Of a stretch of 60,113 nucleotides of DNA, positions 36,834-44,981 are shown piece by piece (position 1 is the first letter of the stretch; every line of letters starts with the position of its first letter). A program made the translations under genes and the position numbers. The stretch comes from a virus (lineage: Duplodnaviria > Caudoviricetes). The notes beneath the pieces are model-generated. The model had not been told where the DNA came from, made no database searches, and saw nothing but the letters and a program-made list of their open reading frames with translations. The stretch lies in IMG/VR virus record IMGVR_UViG_3300042466_000580, positions 1-60,113 of that record, one strand, 5' to 3'.

Positions 36834-37703
36834 ATGACCCCTCTGAATAGTTCGATTGTCGAGCGTGTCCGTAACTTCTTTCCCGATGTGACCAAGCAGT
36901 CGCTGTTCTCCCCGGACATGCGGCCCACTCCCCACTGTGGCCTGTTCAGAAATGACACGGGAGCTTGCTTCGGTCCTGCGGTCAGTGCCAACTACGAGCT
37001 TCACACCACCGATGACATCTGTGCCTTGGTGGAAGCGAGCGAGCCGGTGCTGGGTGAGTGCGGCGACGTTCAGTTGGGCTTCCGAGATGGACACTATGTC
37101 TCCATCCAGCCCACCAAGGAGCATCTGTTTACCGTTCACAAGAACGACACGGTGTTCCCCCGGCTGATCGTGACGGCCCGCTATGGCGAGGCTTTCACTG
37201 CCACCATCGGGTTGTTCCGGGTGGTGTGCGGCAACCTCGCCATCTTCCAGAAGGTGGCGGGAACCTCGGTGCGGATCAGGCACACCTACTCCCTCCGCTC
37301 CAAGATGGAAGACCTCATCGAAGACTTCCACTCGCTGCGGAATGGGGTGGGCAACCTTGAGGTGGCGATCAAGGAGATGGCTGACCGCAAGGTGCGGCTG
37401 GCTGATTTCCTCGACGGCATCTACGGCACCCCGCTTGAGAGTGCAACGGAGCGGTCGATCACCATGCACCGCAACCGCACTGAGCAGATCGTGCGGCGGC
37501 TGATGCGTGAGCAGGTTGCATTGGGTGAGCCCACTGCAATCAACGAGGTCAGTGCATGGGCCGCGTTCAATGCGGTACAGGGATTCATCCAGCATGACTC
37601 CCGCCGCAAGGGCAAGCCGGGTGATTTCGACCGGGCAATCATGGCTCTGTCGGACGCGAAGGTTCTTCAGGCCCAGCACTTGGCCATGACGATGGCGGTC
37701 TAG
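36834..37703 (+). CDS. DUF932 family protein
   Basis: 'GLFRVVCGN...VRIRHT' and 'SAWAAFNAVQGFIQH' motifs. Confidence 0.85.
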   Translation: MTPLNSSIVERVRNFFPDVTKQSLFSPDMRPTPHCGLFRNDTGACFGPAVSANYELHTTDDICALVEASEPVLGECGDVQLGFRDGHYVSIQPTKEHLFTVHKNDTVFPRLIVTARYGEAFTATIGLFRVVCGNLAIFQKVAGTSVRIRHTYSLRSKMEDLIEDFHSLRNGVGNLEVAIKEMADRKVRLADFLDGIYGTPLESATERSITMHRNRTEQIVRRLMREQVALGEPTAINEVSAWAAFNAVQGFIQHDSRRKGKPGDFDRAIMALSDAKVLQAQHLAMTMAV

Positions 37704-37768
37704 TCACAAGGCAGTGCGGGGCGGGGAGTGCGTTGCTCCTCGCCCCGCTGGCCACAAGGGGAACGAAC

Positions 37769-38077
37769 ATGAACAGGCTGACCGAATACCGAATGAGCGA
37801 GCGACGGCTACTGAAACCGGGGACACGATTCACCGCGAAGGGCGGGCCGGTCTACCAGTTAGCCGATGGGACTGCCGTGCCACTGGCATCACGCGGACCC
37901 TTTGAGTTCATCGCCTACTGTCAGGCGGATGGGTACGACTTTATCCAGGCACGGGATCGGGACGGGTGTAGTGCGGTGCTGCACCTGACAGGGGAGAGGA
38001 AGACTGCCAGCCCTGAGATTATCGGGCGACCTTACACGTTGGGGAAGGTGTTTCGTAAACAACCAAGGAGGAGGTGA
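37769..38077 (+). CDS. Hypothetical protein
   Basis: AAGGGG RBS; MNRLTEYR... Confidence 0.7.
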   Translation: MNRLTEYRMSERRLLKPGTRFTAKGGPVYQLADGTAVPLASRGPFEFIAYCQADGYDFIQARDRDGCSAVLHLTGERKTASPEIIGRPYTLGKVFRKQPRRR

Positions 38078-38078
38078 A

Positions 38079-38249
38079 ATGTTCAAGTTCAGATACAAGG
38101 ATGGGCTCGCTCAGACTGAGACTGAAATGATTCGTGCCCTGCGTTTGCGGGGCTATGCCGTTGTGGTTGTCAAGTCTGACGCGATGCGGCGAGGCTTTAT
38201 CGAAGAGGCTATGCGGAAGGCAGCAACACAGAAAGAGAGGGCGACATGA
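38079..38249 (+). CDS. Small hypothetical protein (56 aa)
   Basis: GGAGG RBS; manual translation MFKFRYKDGLAQ...; stop overlaps the next ATG. Confidence 0.6.
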   Translation: MFKFRYKDGLAQTETEMIRALRLRGYAVVVVKSDAMRRGFIEEAMRKAATQKERAT

Positions 38250-38503
38250 TCGCACTGATTGAGATCGCGTTTCTATACTACTGGTGTAATACATTCAGCA
38301 CCTCGGCCAACGACGGTGCGACCTACCGGCAGCGGGTCAAGGTGACTGCCGCCATGATCGTGTTCCTCATTGTGGCTGGGCATTCCGCCAGCAAGGATTT
38401 GTTTGCCGTCCTCGCTGGCTGGGCGGTAGCCATAGAGGTGGTGTGTTTTGTCCTGGCGTTCCTTGACTATGACGAGCGACTCTTTCCCCGGGAGGTGAAT
38501 TGA
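38246..38503 (+). CDS. Membrane protein
   Basis: 85 aa with 2-3 hydrophobic segments. Confidence 0.65.
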   Translation: MIALIEIAFLYYWCNTFSTSANDGATYRQRVKVTAAMIVFLIVAGHSASKDLFAVLAGWAVAIEVVCFVLAFLDYDERLFPREVN

Positions 38504-38700
38504 TGGACCCATACGAAGAACGAAGCGTAGCCCCAGTGGACCGCAACTCCCTGGAGTACCGGCTCTACCAGTTGGCTATCGCTTGCTACCGATACCTCGA
38601 CGCGAAGGACCCAAAGCAAGCTGAGTTGAAGCAGCTTTGCAATGACCTACCGCATGAGTACGAAGAGAGAAGATTCCGCGCACACCGAGAGAGGAACTGA
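38503..38700 (+). CDS. Hypothetical protein
   Basis: Coupled ORF. Confidence 0.6.
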   Translation: MDPYEERSVAPVDRNSLEYRLYQLAIACYRYLDAKDPKQAELKQLCNDLPHEYEERRFRAHRERN

Positions 38701-38702
38701 CC

Positions 38703-38933
38703 ATGACCACCGTAACCCTGACTGAGCGGCAGGAAGAAATCCTGCGGTACATTGCCAGCCACATTGACATCAATGGGTTTCAACCCAGCTTCAGAGAGAT
38801 GATGGCACGGTTCAAGATCAGGAGCCCCAACGGAATCAAGGGGCACCTTCAAGCACTGGAACGTAAGGGAATCATTGCGTCGAATTACCAAACCTCACGG
38901 GCAATTTCATTTAACTGGAAGGAGTGGCTGTAA
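38703..38933 (+). CDS. LexA-type DNA-binding-domain-only protein
   Basis: 'LTERQEEILRYI...GFQPSFRE....F.I.SPNG...HLQALERKG.I......SRAI'; no peptidase domain. Confidence 0.9.
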   Translation: MTTVTLTERQEEILRYIASHIDINGFQPSFREMMARFKIRSPNGIKGHLQALERKGIIASNYQTSRAISFNWKEWL

Positions 38934-39802
38934 TGCCCACATGCTTTCTTTATTCCAGGGTGTCAACAGAAGATCAAAATTTGTCGCCCGCTTGGCAAGC
39001 CGAAGTCTGCAAGAACCACTACGAGTTCAGCCTAAAGTCAAAGGGGTACGCACTGCACCCCGAAGTCTTTCATGACCACGGCGTGTCGGCCTATCATGTT
39101 GACTGGCGTGACAGGCCGCGAGCCCGTGAGATGTTCAACCTCGTCAAACCGGGTGACATCATCGTGGTGGCAAAGCAAGATCGTGCCTTCCGATCCAGCC
39201 GAGACAGAGAAAATACTTTCTACTTTCTCAACAAGGTTGGCATCGACATCGTGATACTTGATGCGATGCTCGACACTAGCACTGCCGCCGGGAAGTTTGC
39301 TGCGTCCGTGATAGCAGCGCAGTGCCAGTTTGAGTCTGACGTTAAGAGCGAAAGACAGAAGGCAGCCCACTCCATCCGGCGGCAGCGGAAGACACCGATG
39401 AAAAAGTTGCCACCCCCAGGCTGGAAGCTGGACAAGATGATTGACGAGCTAGTCCCTGACTGGGATGAGCGGCGGCTGATGGCCACGGTCTATGACCAGC
39501 GTGACAAGGGCTATCGCTCGGTGGCGGAAGCGGTGCGGGTACTCAAGGCGGCGGGCACACTGCGGGCCAATGGCTGCAAGTACACGCAGTCATGGTTCAC
39601 CAGGGCCTACTCTGTCTTCCTGAGGAACTTCCCTTGCGAAGGCTACCAATGCCACTGCCGGTCGGAGCATAAGGCAAAGGCTCACATGAAGGTGGGCAAG
39701 CTCGTCAAGAAACGGAAGGACCGGATTGCAAAGCTAGTCCGGCCTCACGACGTAGCTTCCCCAGCTTCGCAGCAAGTAGCTTCGCAGCCTGCCGGGTACT
39801 GA
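38933..39802 (+). CDS. Serine recombinase (resolvase/invertase catalytic domain with C-terminal extension)
   Basis: YSRVST catalytic motif; 'DRAFRS'; 'LDTSTAAGK'; 'PPPGWK'. Confidence 0.9.
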   Translation: MPTCFLYSRVSTEDQNLSPAWQAEVCKNHYEFSLKSKGYALHPEVFHDHGVSAYHVDWRDRPRAREMFNLVKPGDIIVVAKQDRAFRSSRDRENTFYFLNKVGIDIVILDAMLDTSTAAGKFAASVIAAQCQFESDVKSERQKAAHSIRRQRKTPMKKLPPPGWKLDKMIDELVPDWDERRLMATVYDQRDKGYRSVAEAVRVLKAAGTLRANGCKYTQSWFTRAYSVFLRNFPCEGYQCHCRSEHKAKAHMKVGKLVKKRKDRIAKLVRPHDVASPASQQVASQPAGY

Positions 39803-40244
39803 TCCCCTTGGACTTGGCCATCTTGCGGATACTAACCCCCTCTATCACGCTCTCTGTGATCCACTCCCTGTCCTCGCTGGGCAGGGAGTGGAGGGCGGTC
39901 AGTATCTCGCTGGTGATGGGGTCATCTTCCAGCCTCTCGGGTGGCAGCCTTCTTTCAATGGCTGTTATCTGAATTCTGAATGCACTTCCGTTGCGACTAC
40001 GGATTTCTGTGCGGCACGACTTGAGAAGTTCGTGCATGATCGCCCGACTGAAGTAAGCCTTCGGGTCCCGGGCGGGATCGAACGTGCGGGCTGCCATCAC
40101 ACACGCCAGCCTAGCCGCCGACTCCAAATCCTCCCTGTCTACCACCTCTCTAAGACACGGGTAGTTCCCCATGAAGTAGTGCAGGCACGGGGCCACAAAC
40201 TCCAGGGCCCTCTCGGCCATAGCTTGCTGGTCTGGGGTGAGCAT
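39705..40244 (-). CDS. Sigma-70 family RNA polymerase sigma factor (regions 2 and 4)
   Basis: 'EDLESAARLACVMAARTFDP...AYF' region 2; 'ALHSLPSEDRE...EGVSIRKMAKSKGIS' region 4. Confidence 0.8.
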   Translation of the reverse strand: MLTPDQQAMAERALEFVAPCLHYFMGNYPCLREVVDREDLESAARLACVMAARTFDPARDPKAYFSRAIMHELLKSCRTEIRSRNGSAFRIQITAIERRLPPERLEDDPITSEILTALHSLPSEDREWITESVIEGVSIRKMAKSKGISTRQAAKLLAAKLGKLRREAGLALQSGPSVS

Positions 40245-40382
40245 AGTCACAGGCGCGCATGGGTTGCCTCCCGATACGTCCGGCTGCAATGCGATTCATA
40301 GCATTCCCGGCACCGGACATCTTCACTCGGCATACCGTATGGGTCAACATTGACGGTGGCCTTTTTGCCACAGTCAACGCAC

Positions 40383-40727
40383 TCACCAGGGGACTCGGGA
40401 TGGCTTGTTTCTTCGCTTGCCATGCGCGTACTCCTCTATCTTTTTACGGGCCACTTCGGGGGAAACCTGCAACAGTTCGCAGCAATCTTCCATAGTCACT
40501 ATCCCCACCCCACCCTTTAGCCACCGCTCGGCGGCAGCCCAGTCATCCCGCTGCTGCATGGCCCAGGAGCGGCAGGCAAAAGCCTCCACTCCCCGGGCCT
40601 GCCGGAATAGGTTGCGACTCTCGGCTATCTTCTGGGCGGCATCATGCAGGAGCCCCACGCACAGTAACCTCCAGCCCCCTTGCAGGGTCAGGTTGTCGAG
40701 GTGCCGTGTCTCTATGTCGCCAGTCAT
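40383..40727 (-). CDS. Hypothetical protein
   Basis: 114 aa, coupled ORF. Confidence 0.7.
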   Translation of the reverse strand: MTGDIETRHLDNLTLQGGWRLLCVGLLHDAAQKIAESRNLFRQARGVEAFACRSWAMQQRDDWAAAERWLKGGVGIVTMEDCCELLQVSPEVARKKIEEYAHGKRRNKPSRVPW

Positions 40728-41254
40728 TTCTTGGCCTCCGTATCTATCGCCATCAGGAGGTTCGCTGCGGCGTGACCCAGGTGATCCTCTGACTGGTCGC
40801 CAGCCAGGAAGCTGAAGATGTGGGCCAACGCATGGTTCAGTATGTCGTTGACCGGGAACCCACGCTCCCAGTTATTGAGCCCGTACTTCTCCGCACCCTC
40901 TGCCATCGTCAGGGCGACTCGCTTGAGCCCGATGAGGGGGACGAGATCGTACCGCTCGGTGAGGTGTGATCGCCGCGCCCCGGTGTCATAGAGCTTGAAA
41001 GCATCGACACCAGCCGGGGAAGGTCGGTCAACCTCAGTGTGATCAGCCAGTCTGTCCGTTTCTTCTTGTGGCAGACCACGGCTAACTTGCTCATACCAGC
41101 TTCTTGCACGGCTCGCTCCATCGTTGGGTGGATCGATAAGGCTTCCACCATCTTGCTCTCCACATGGAGAAGCGGAACCTCCGCTATCACCAAGTCCGCT
41201 GCCCCCCCCTCCACACAACCGTTGAACTGCTGTGACCGCCTCGCTGATTCCCAT
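40724..41254 (-). CDS. dATP/dGTP diphosphohydrolase-like (DUF5664) protein; start uncertain
   Basis: 'RYDLVP...VALTMAEGAEKYGLNNWERG...NHALAH...EDHLGHAAAN'. Confidence 0.8.
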   Translation of the reverse strand: MGISEAVTAVQRLCGGGGSGLGDSGGSASPCGEQDGGSLIDPPNDGASRARSWYEQVSRGLPQEETDRLADHTEVDRPSPAGVDAFKLYDTGARRSHLTERYDLVPLIGLKRVALTMAEGAEKYGLNNWERGFPVNDILNHALAHIFSFLAGDQSEDHLGHAAANLLMAIDTEAKK

Positions 41255-41334
41255 CCCATTACCTCCCTTAAAGTTTGAGCTAACAACCTTTCCGCACGCG
41301 CCCCCTTGGCTCGACTATTCACCGGCATGGCCAC
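40909..41334 (-). CDS. Holliday junction resolvase-like PD-(D/E)xK nuclease
   Basis: 'NSRAKGARAER...ARRSQQF.G...DL...HVESK'. Confidence 0.8.
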   Translation of the reverse strand: MAMPVNSRAKGARAERLLAQTLREVMGWESARRSQQFNGCVEGGAADLVIAEVPLLHVESKMVEALSIHPTMERAVQEAGMSKLAVVCHKKKRTDWLITLRLTDLPRLVSMLSSSMTPGRGDHTSPSGTISSPSSGSSESP

Positions 41335-41575
41335 CCTCCTTCTCTCGCTTGGCCATTGCCTTCTTTAACCAAGCTGGCAGCTTTGGTTTGTGCCCCAGGA
41401 ACAAGTACCTGTGCTGCACCCGGAGAGTCCCTTGAGTTACCGGACGAAGAACGTGTTGGTAGGTGTAACGCTTGCCCTCAACGTCATAGGTCAGGTAGTC
41501 AACAAGGTCATCCTCTTGCAGCTTCTCTGCCCGCCCGCAAAGCGGACCACCAACGTAGACAACCCTGCGTTTCAT
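41315..41575 (-). CDS. Hypothetical protein
   Basis: 'VGGPLCG' motif; coupled ORF. Confidence 0.65.
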   Translation of the reverse strand: MKRRVVYVGGPLCGRAEKLQEDDLVDYLTYDVEGKRYTYQHVLRPVTQGTLRVQHRYLFLGHKPKLPAWLKKAMAKREKEGGHAGE

Positions 41576-41886
41576 GTATCACCTTCCTTCACAAACACCC
41601 CCTCTTTGGTGAGCGTTCCCTTCCGATCCTTGATCTGTTCGTAAGCCGCAGCCAAACACAACGGCAGTGTTACGCCCGTCAACTTGCAGTAGATGATGAG
41701 CGTTACCACAACGTCACCAACCCCGTCAACCATCCCGGCACTGTCATTCTTCAATGTGGCATCGGCCAGTTCACCTAGCTCCGACATGGTCTTCATAAGC
41801 TGGGCCATAGGTGTGGAGTTGGGGATGATCTGCCTGTCCTTCGCCCACTGTTCCACCAGTTCAATCAGGTAATCCGTAGACTTCAT
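41572..41886 (-). CDS. MazG-like nucleotide pyrophosphohydrolase
   Basis: 'QWAKDR...QLMKTMSELGELA...DGVGDVVVTLII...AYEQIKDRKG'. Confidence 0.9.
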   Translation of the reverse strand: MKSTDYLIELVEQWAKDRQIIPNSTPMAQLMKTMSELGELADATLKNDSAGMVDGVGDVVVTLIIYCKLTGVTLPLCLAAAYEQIKDRKGTLTKEGVFVKEGDT

Positions 41887-42041
41887 GCCTATCTCCTTTC
41901 GATTCGGTACTCGGGACATCCACAGACAACACAGGGCTGGTTGTTTTCTTTGACGGCGTTGCACCGATTGCAGAAGCGAGTGCATCCGCCACGATCCTTC
42001 TCATTGCATTCCGGCAGCGGCAGCAGCAGTTGTCTTGGCAT

Positions 42042-42302
42042 TCAGGCATTCCCCACCTCGGCTACAAAGAGCGGCCCGTGCTGGCCAACGTAGGCACCCA
42101 ACGTGTTGAACTGAAAGAACTCCTCTGCCTCTTCCTCGCTCATGCCATCGCGGTCCATGAGAATCTTGATGCACTTCTCATGGGAGTAGACGGCAACCTG
42201 GGAGTGGTGGTGGTTGCTGGTGACACCGATCAGGGCATCCTCAAGGCCATCAGCCAGGAGCATCTCGGGATTGATCTCAGCCAGTCTGTCTCTGTCCATC
42301 AC
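42042..42302 (-). CDS. Hypothetical phage protein
   Basis: 'ADGLEDALIG...VAVYS...EEAEEFFQFN.LGAYVG'. Confidence 0.75.
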   Translation of the reverse strand: MMDRDRLAEINPEMLLADGLEDALIGVTSNHHHSQVAVYSHEKCIKILMDRDGMSEEEAEEFFQFNTLGAYVGQHGPLFVAEVGNA

Positions 42303-42730
42303 TCACCTCGCTCCATGTAAGGGGCTCGGGATGCCAGGAGTCGAGCGTTCTTCTCACGCTCCTCCGCGATCCATTGAGGTAGCTCGGTGGCAGGGTCTTC
42401 CTTCAGGGCAGCCCTGTTTCTCAGCTTGGCTAGGAAAGCAAGGTCAACCTCCCCGTCCTCCTGCTCCTTACAAAGAAGGACAACAGAGAGGGGGAGTGGC
42501 CTTTCGCTGTGGCCTTGATGGTGGTCGGAGTGGCAGCGGCGGCAGATCAATCCAAGATTTCTGGCATCCCAGTAATCCATACTCCTGCCTCTGCCGCAAA
42601 TGTGGTGAACCTCTAGGGTCCTTTCCCAAGACTTGATGTGCTTACCCCACCAGCACACGAAGCACCTCTCGCACAGGTCAACGTATTCCTTGACCCTTCT
42701 GACGATTCGATCTGACTTCTTGCTGGGCAT
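42299..42730 (-). CDS. HNH-type zinc-binding nuclease
   Basis: CFVC...EVHHI...N...ICRRCH. Confidence 0.75.
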   Translation of the reverse strand: MPSKKSDRIVRRVKEYVDLCERCFVCWWGKHIKSWERTLEVHHICGRGRSMDYWDARNLGLICRRCHSDHHQGHSERPLPLSVVLLCKEQEDGEVDLAFLAKLRNRAALKEDPATELPQWIAEEREKNARLLASRAPYMERGE

Positions 42731-42732
42731 GG

Positions 42733-42921
42733 TTAGCTCCCCAGCTTGGCAGCTTGCCTGGGGGTCAGGCCGATGCGCCCCCCGAAGTCACTCGTCCATC
42801 CCAAGTTGGGGATGATGCCCTTGGTGATCTCAAGGTGGCACTCCATGCACTTGGGGACGTTGACCCCATCCTTCTCTTCATGCCAGACCTCTGCCTTATC
42901 GCCGCACTTGCACTTCATCAT
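42733..42921 (-). CDS. Small Cys-motif protein
   Basis: CKC...CMEC; AGGAG RBS. Confidence 0.6.
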   Translation of the reverse strand: MMKCKCGDKAEVWHEEKDGVNVPKCMECHLEITKGIIPNLGWTSDFGGRIGLTPRQAAKLGS

Positions 42922-42983
42922 GGTTCTCCTTGGTGTATTGAAAGCCGGTTTTGATGGCCCGGGTCCGGCAACCGGGATGCAAA

Positions 42984-43340
42984 CTAGAAAGCGTCATCGA
43001 AGGCGGCGGCTGCGGATGGTGCTGCCTCGCGTTGCTGCCACTTCACCCAGCCATTGCCACTCAGGAAGGAACCATCCTTGCCCTTACGCCTGGGGTACAG
43101 CTTGTTGCCCACTCGGGTCTGGCCAAAGCCAAGCGTGGCACCGCAGTCCTTGCAGACCATTTCGTGGTACACGTTCCCGTCCCTCTCACGAACAGCGGGC
43201 ACGGTGTTGGCACTGTCGCAGGCACCACACACAGAGTTGCTGAACACCTCCACGGCATTGGCCAGTTCAGTGAAACACTCCTTCACATCGCTGCCCTCCA
43301 CCTCAATCTCAAGCCTGTCTGACTTATGTCTAATACGCAT
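42984..43340 (-). CDS. Zinc-ribbon protein
   Basis: CGAC...CKDC; acidic C-terminus FDDAF. Confidence 0.7.
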   Translation of the reverse strand: MRIRHKSDRLEIEVEGSDVKECFTELANAVEVFSNSVCGACDSANTVPAVRERDGNVYHEMVCKDCGATLGFGQTRVGNKLYPRRKGKDGSFLSGNGWVKWQQREAAPSAAAAFDDAF

Positions 43341-43344
43341 TCAA

Positions 43345-43980
43345 TCACCTCTTTCTTGGGCGGTAAACTTTTACAGGTTGGGAGAGTGCCCTTTCTGGCT
43401 CCCAGCCAAGACGAAGACGAGTCCTCAAAGTACGATCCGACATTCCGGCATCTCTCGCCCACTCAGCCAGAGTTTTCTTGGTTCCTTCAACCGAAATAAT
43501 CCGGTTGTTTCTTGTGTTGTTTGCTTGCTGTCGCTTGGTTGCCCAGCGGCAGTTGGTGGGCTCGTAACCAACGCTGTTATTGATGCGATCCAGCGTCATT
43601 CCTTCAGGGCGAAGGCCCATGTCGCTCAAGAAGTTCTCAAACGAATCAAGCCACCTCTGGCACACGGAGATTCCCCTGCCCCCGTATCGGTGGTATTCAG
43701 GCGAATTTCTATTAGTGCAACGCTGAACCATAGACTTGTACGATGCCATTTCACGGCTCTCGGAAAGCCCGTGTGTTATGCGAGACAGTGCCACGCCATG
43801 TCCGCAGGTTTTGGTGGCACCGCACACAACGCTATGGGCAGCGGGCCGCGTGATCTTTCCGCATGAACAAAGACACTTCCATCGAACAAGATTGCCGTCC
43901 CGCTCTACCCCAAGGACATAAAGGTCGCCCCAATATCTTTCGGTTGGGTGCAAAAGACTTCGACGCACACTGGCCTCCAT
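43345..43980 (-). CDS. HNH homing endonuclease
   Basis: 'WKCLCSCG', 'YGGRGISVCQRW..FENF..DMG.RP', 'TLDRINN..GYEP.NCRWAT...QANN'. Confidence 0.85.
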   Translation of the reverse strand: MEASVRRSLLHPTERYWGDLYVLGVERDGNLVRWKCLCSCGKITRPAAHSVVCGATKTCGHGVALSRITHGLSESREMASYKSMVQRCTNRNSPEYHRYGGRGISVCQRWLDSFENFLSDMGLRPEGMTLDRINNSVGYEPTNCRWATKRQQANNTRNNRIISVEGTKKTLAEWARDAGMSDRTLRTRLRLGWEPERALSQPVKVYRPRKR

Positions 43981-43984
43981 CTAT

Positions 43985-44470
43985 TAACCCTATTAGGTCT
44001 ACCCCAGTAGGGTGTATCTAAGTATCTATGTATCTTGTTACTAGGTTGCGCTTGTAGTTGCGCTTGTATTTCAGTGTCCGCTCTTAGGAAACTGGACGGG
44101 TGCAGGGAAAGGTCCTTGCCGGTTTCCCTTTCGGGCAGTACCGGGTCGAACCCTTCCCTCACCGATCATCCAGTTTCCTAAGAAGGGACTATGTTGTGTC
44201 CGCTCTTGAGGTATCCAGTGTCTTCAAGGGTCCCCGATCATCGCACTCACGGGGCTTGCATCTTCCTTTACCATTGCGCTGGTTACTGGCTGGGTCGTTT
44301 GCTTTAGGTCTAACCCTTTGGGTCTTGCCAGTGCCTTCCGTCACCACCACGATTACCCGTGGCCCTCCGTCTGATAACCCTTTAAATGTAAGCCCATCAG
44401 ATCAGGGCCCACATCGACCGACTGCCTTGTTCTCCGTCCCCTTCAGGCGTATGGGGTAGTGTGAATACCA
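43985..44470 (-). other. Structured non-coding locus (ncRNA or replication-origin candidate)
   Basis: 15-bp perfect inverted repeat 44082-44096/44169-44183 enclosing nested stems; 12-bp direct repeats; no credible ORF. Confidence 0.55.
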
Positions 44471-44507
44471 GCGTTACCCTGCCGATGAAAATCGGTCAAT
44501 GGTTTGG

Positions 44508-44981
44508 TCAAAGAAAAATTTCCTCTGGCTTGCAAAATCTGACGCACTCAATTGGCACGACGTAGTAGGTGCAGTCTCGCCCCTGCTTTTTGTCATAGGC
44601 ATCCTTGGTCTTCCACCTGTGCTTGGTGTGACCGTAGACGCAGGCCACGCACTGGCCGTCAGATGATTCGATGAAGTAGGCAAACAGGGCAGACTGTTTG
44701 GCCTTAGCATCCACCTTGTACTTCTCGTCAATGATGATGGTTGGGAATGGGAAGTCTTCCCTGCTTGTGAACTGGATGGTTCTGACTTTGTGTTCGGCTC
44801 GTAGCTGAAGCATCAGGTCGCCGCTATCCGCGTAATCCATGCGGGACTCAACGTCTGGTGTCATCTCGGTTGGTGACAGCCAGACAGACACGTTCTTCCT
44901 GCGAAGCAGGGCAGCGAATCTCTCTACCGCTCGTATGCTTTTGCGGAAATCCTCTAGGAATGCTGCGACTGGTTTCACCAT
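44508..44981 (-). CDS. Hypothetical protein, possible PD-(D/E)xK nuclease
   Basis: 'DSGDL...AEHKVR'; overlaps the helicase stop. Confidence 0.6.
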   Translation of the reverse strand: MVKPVAAFLEDFRKSIRAVERFAALLRRKNVSVWLSPTEMTPDVESRMDYADSGDLMLQLRAEHKVRTIQFTSREDFPFPTIIIDEKYKVDAKAKQSALFAYFIESSDGQCVACVYGHTKHRWKTKDAYDKKQGRDCTYYVVPIECVRFCKPEEIFL

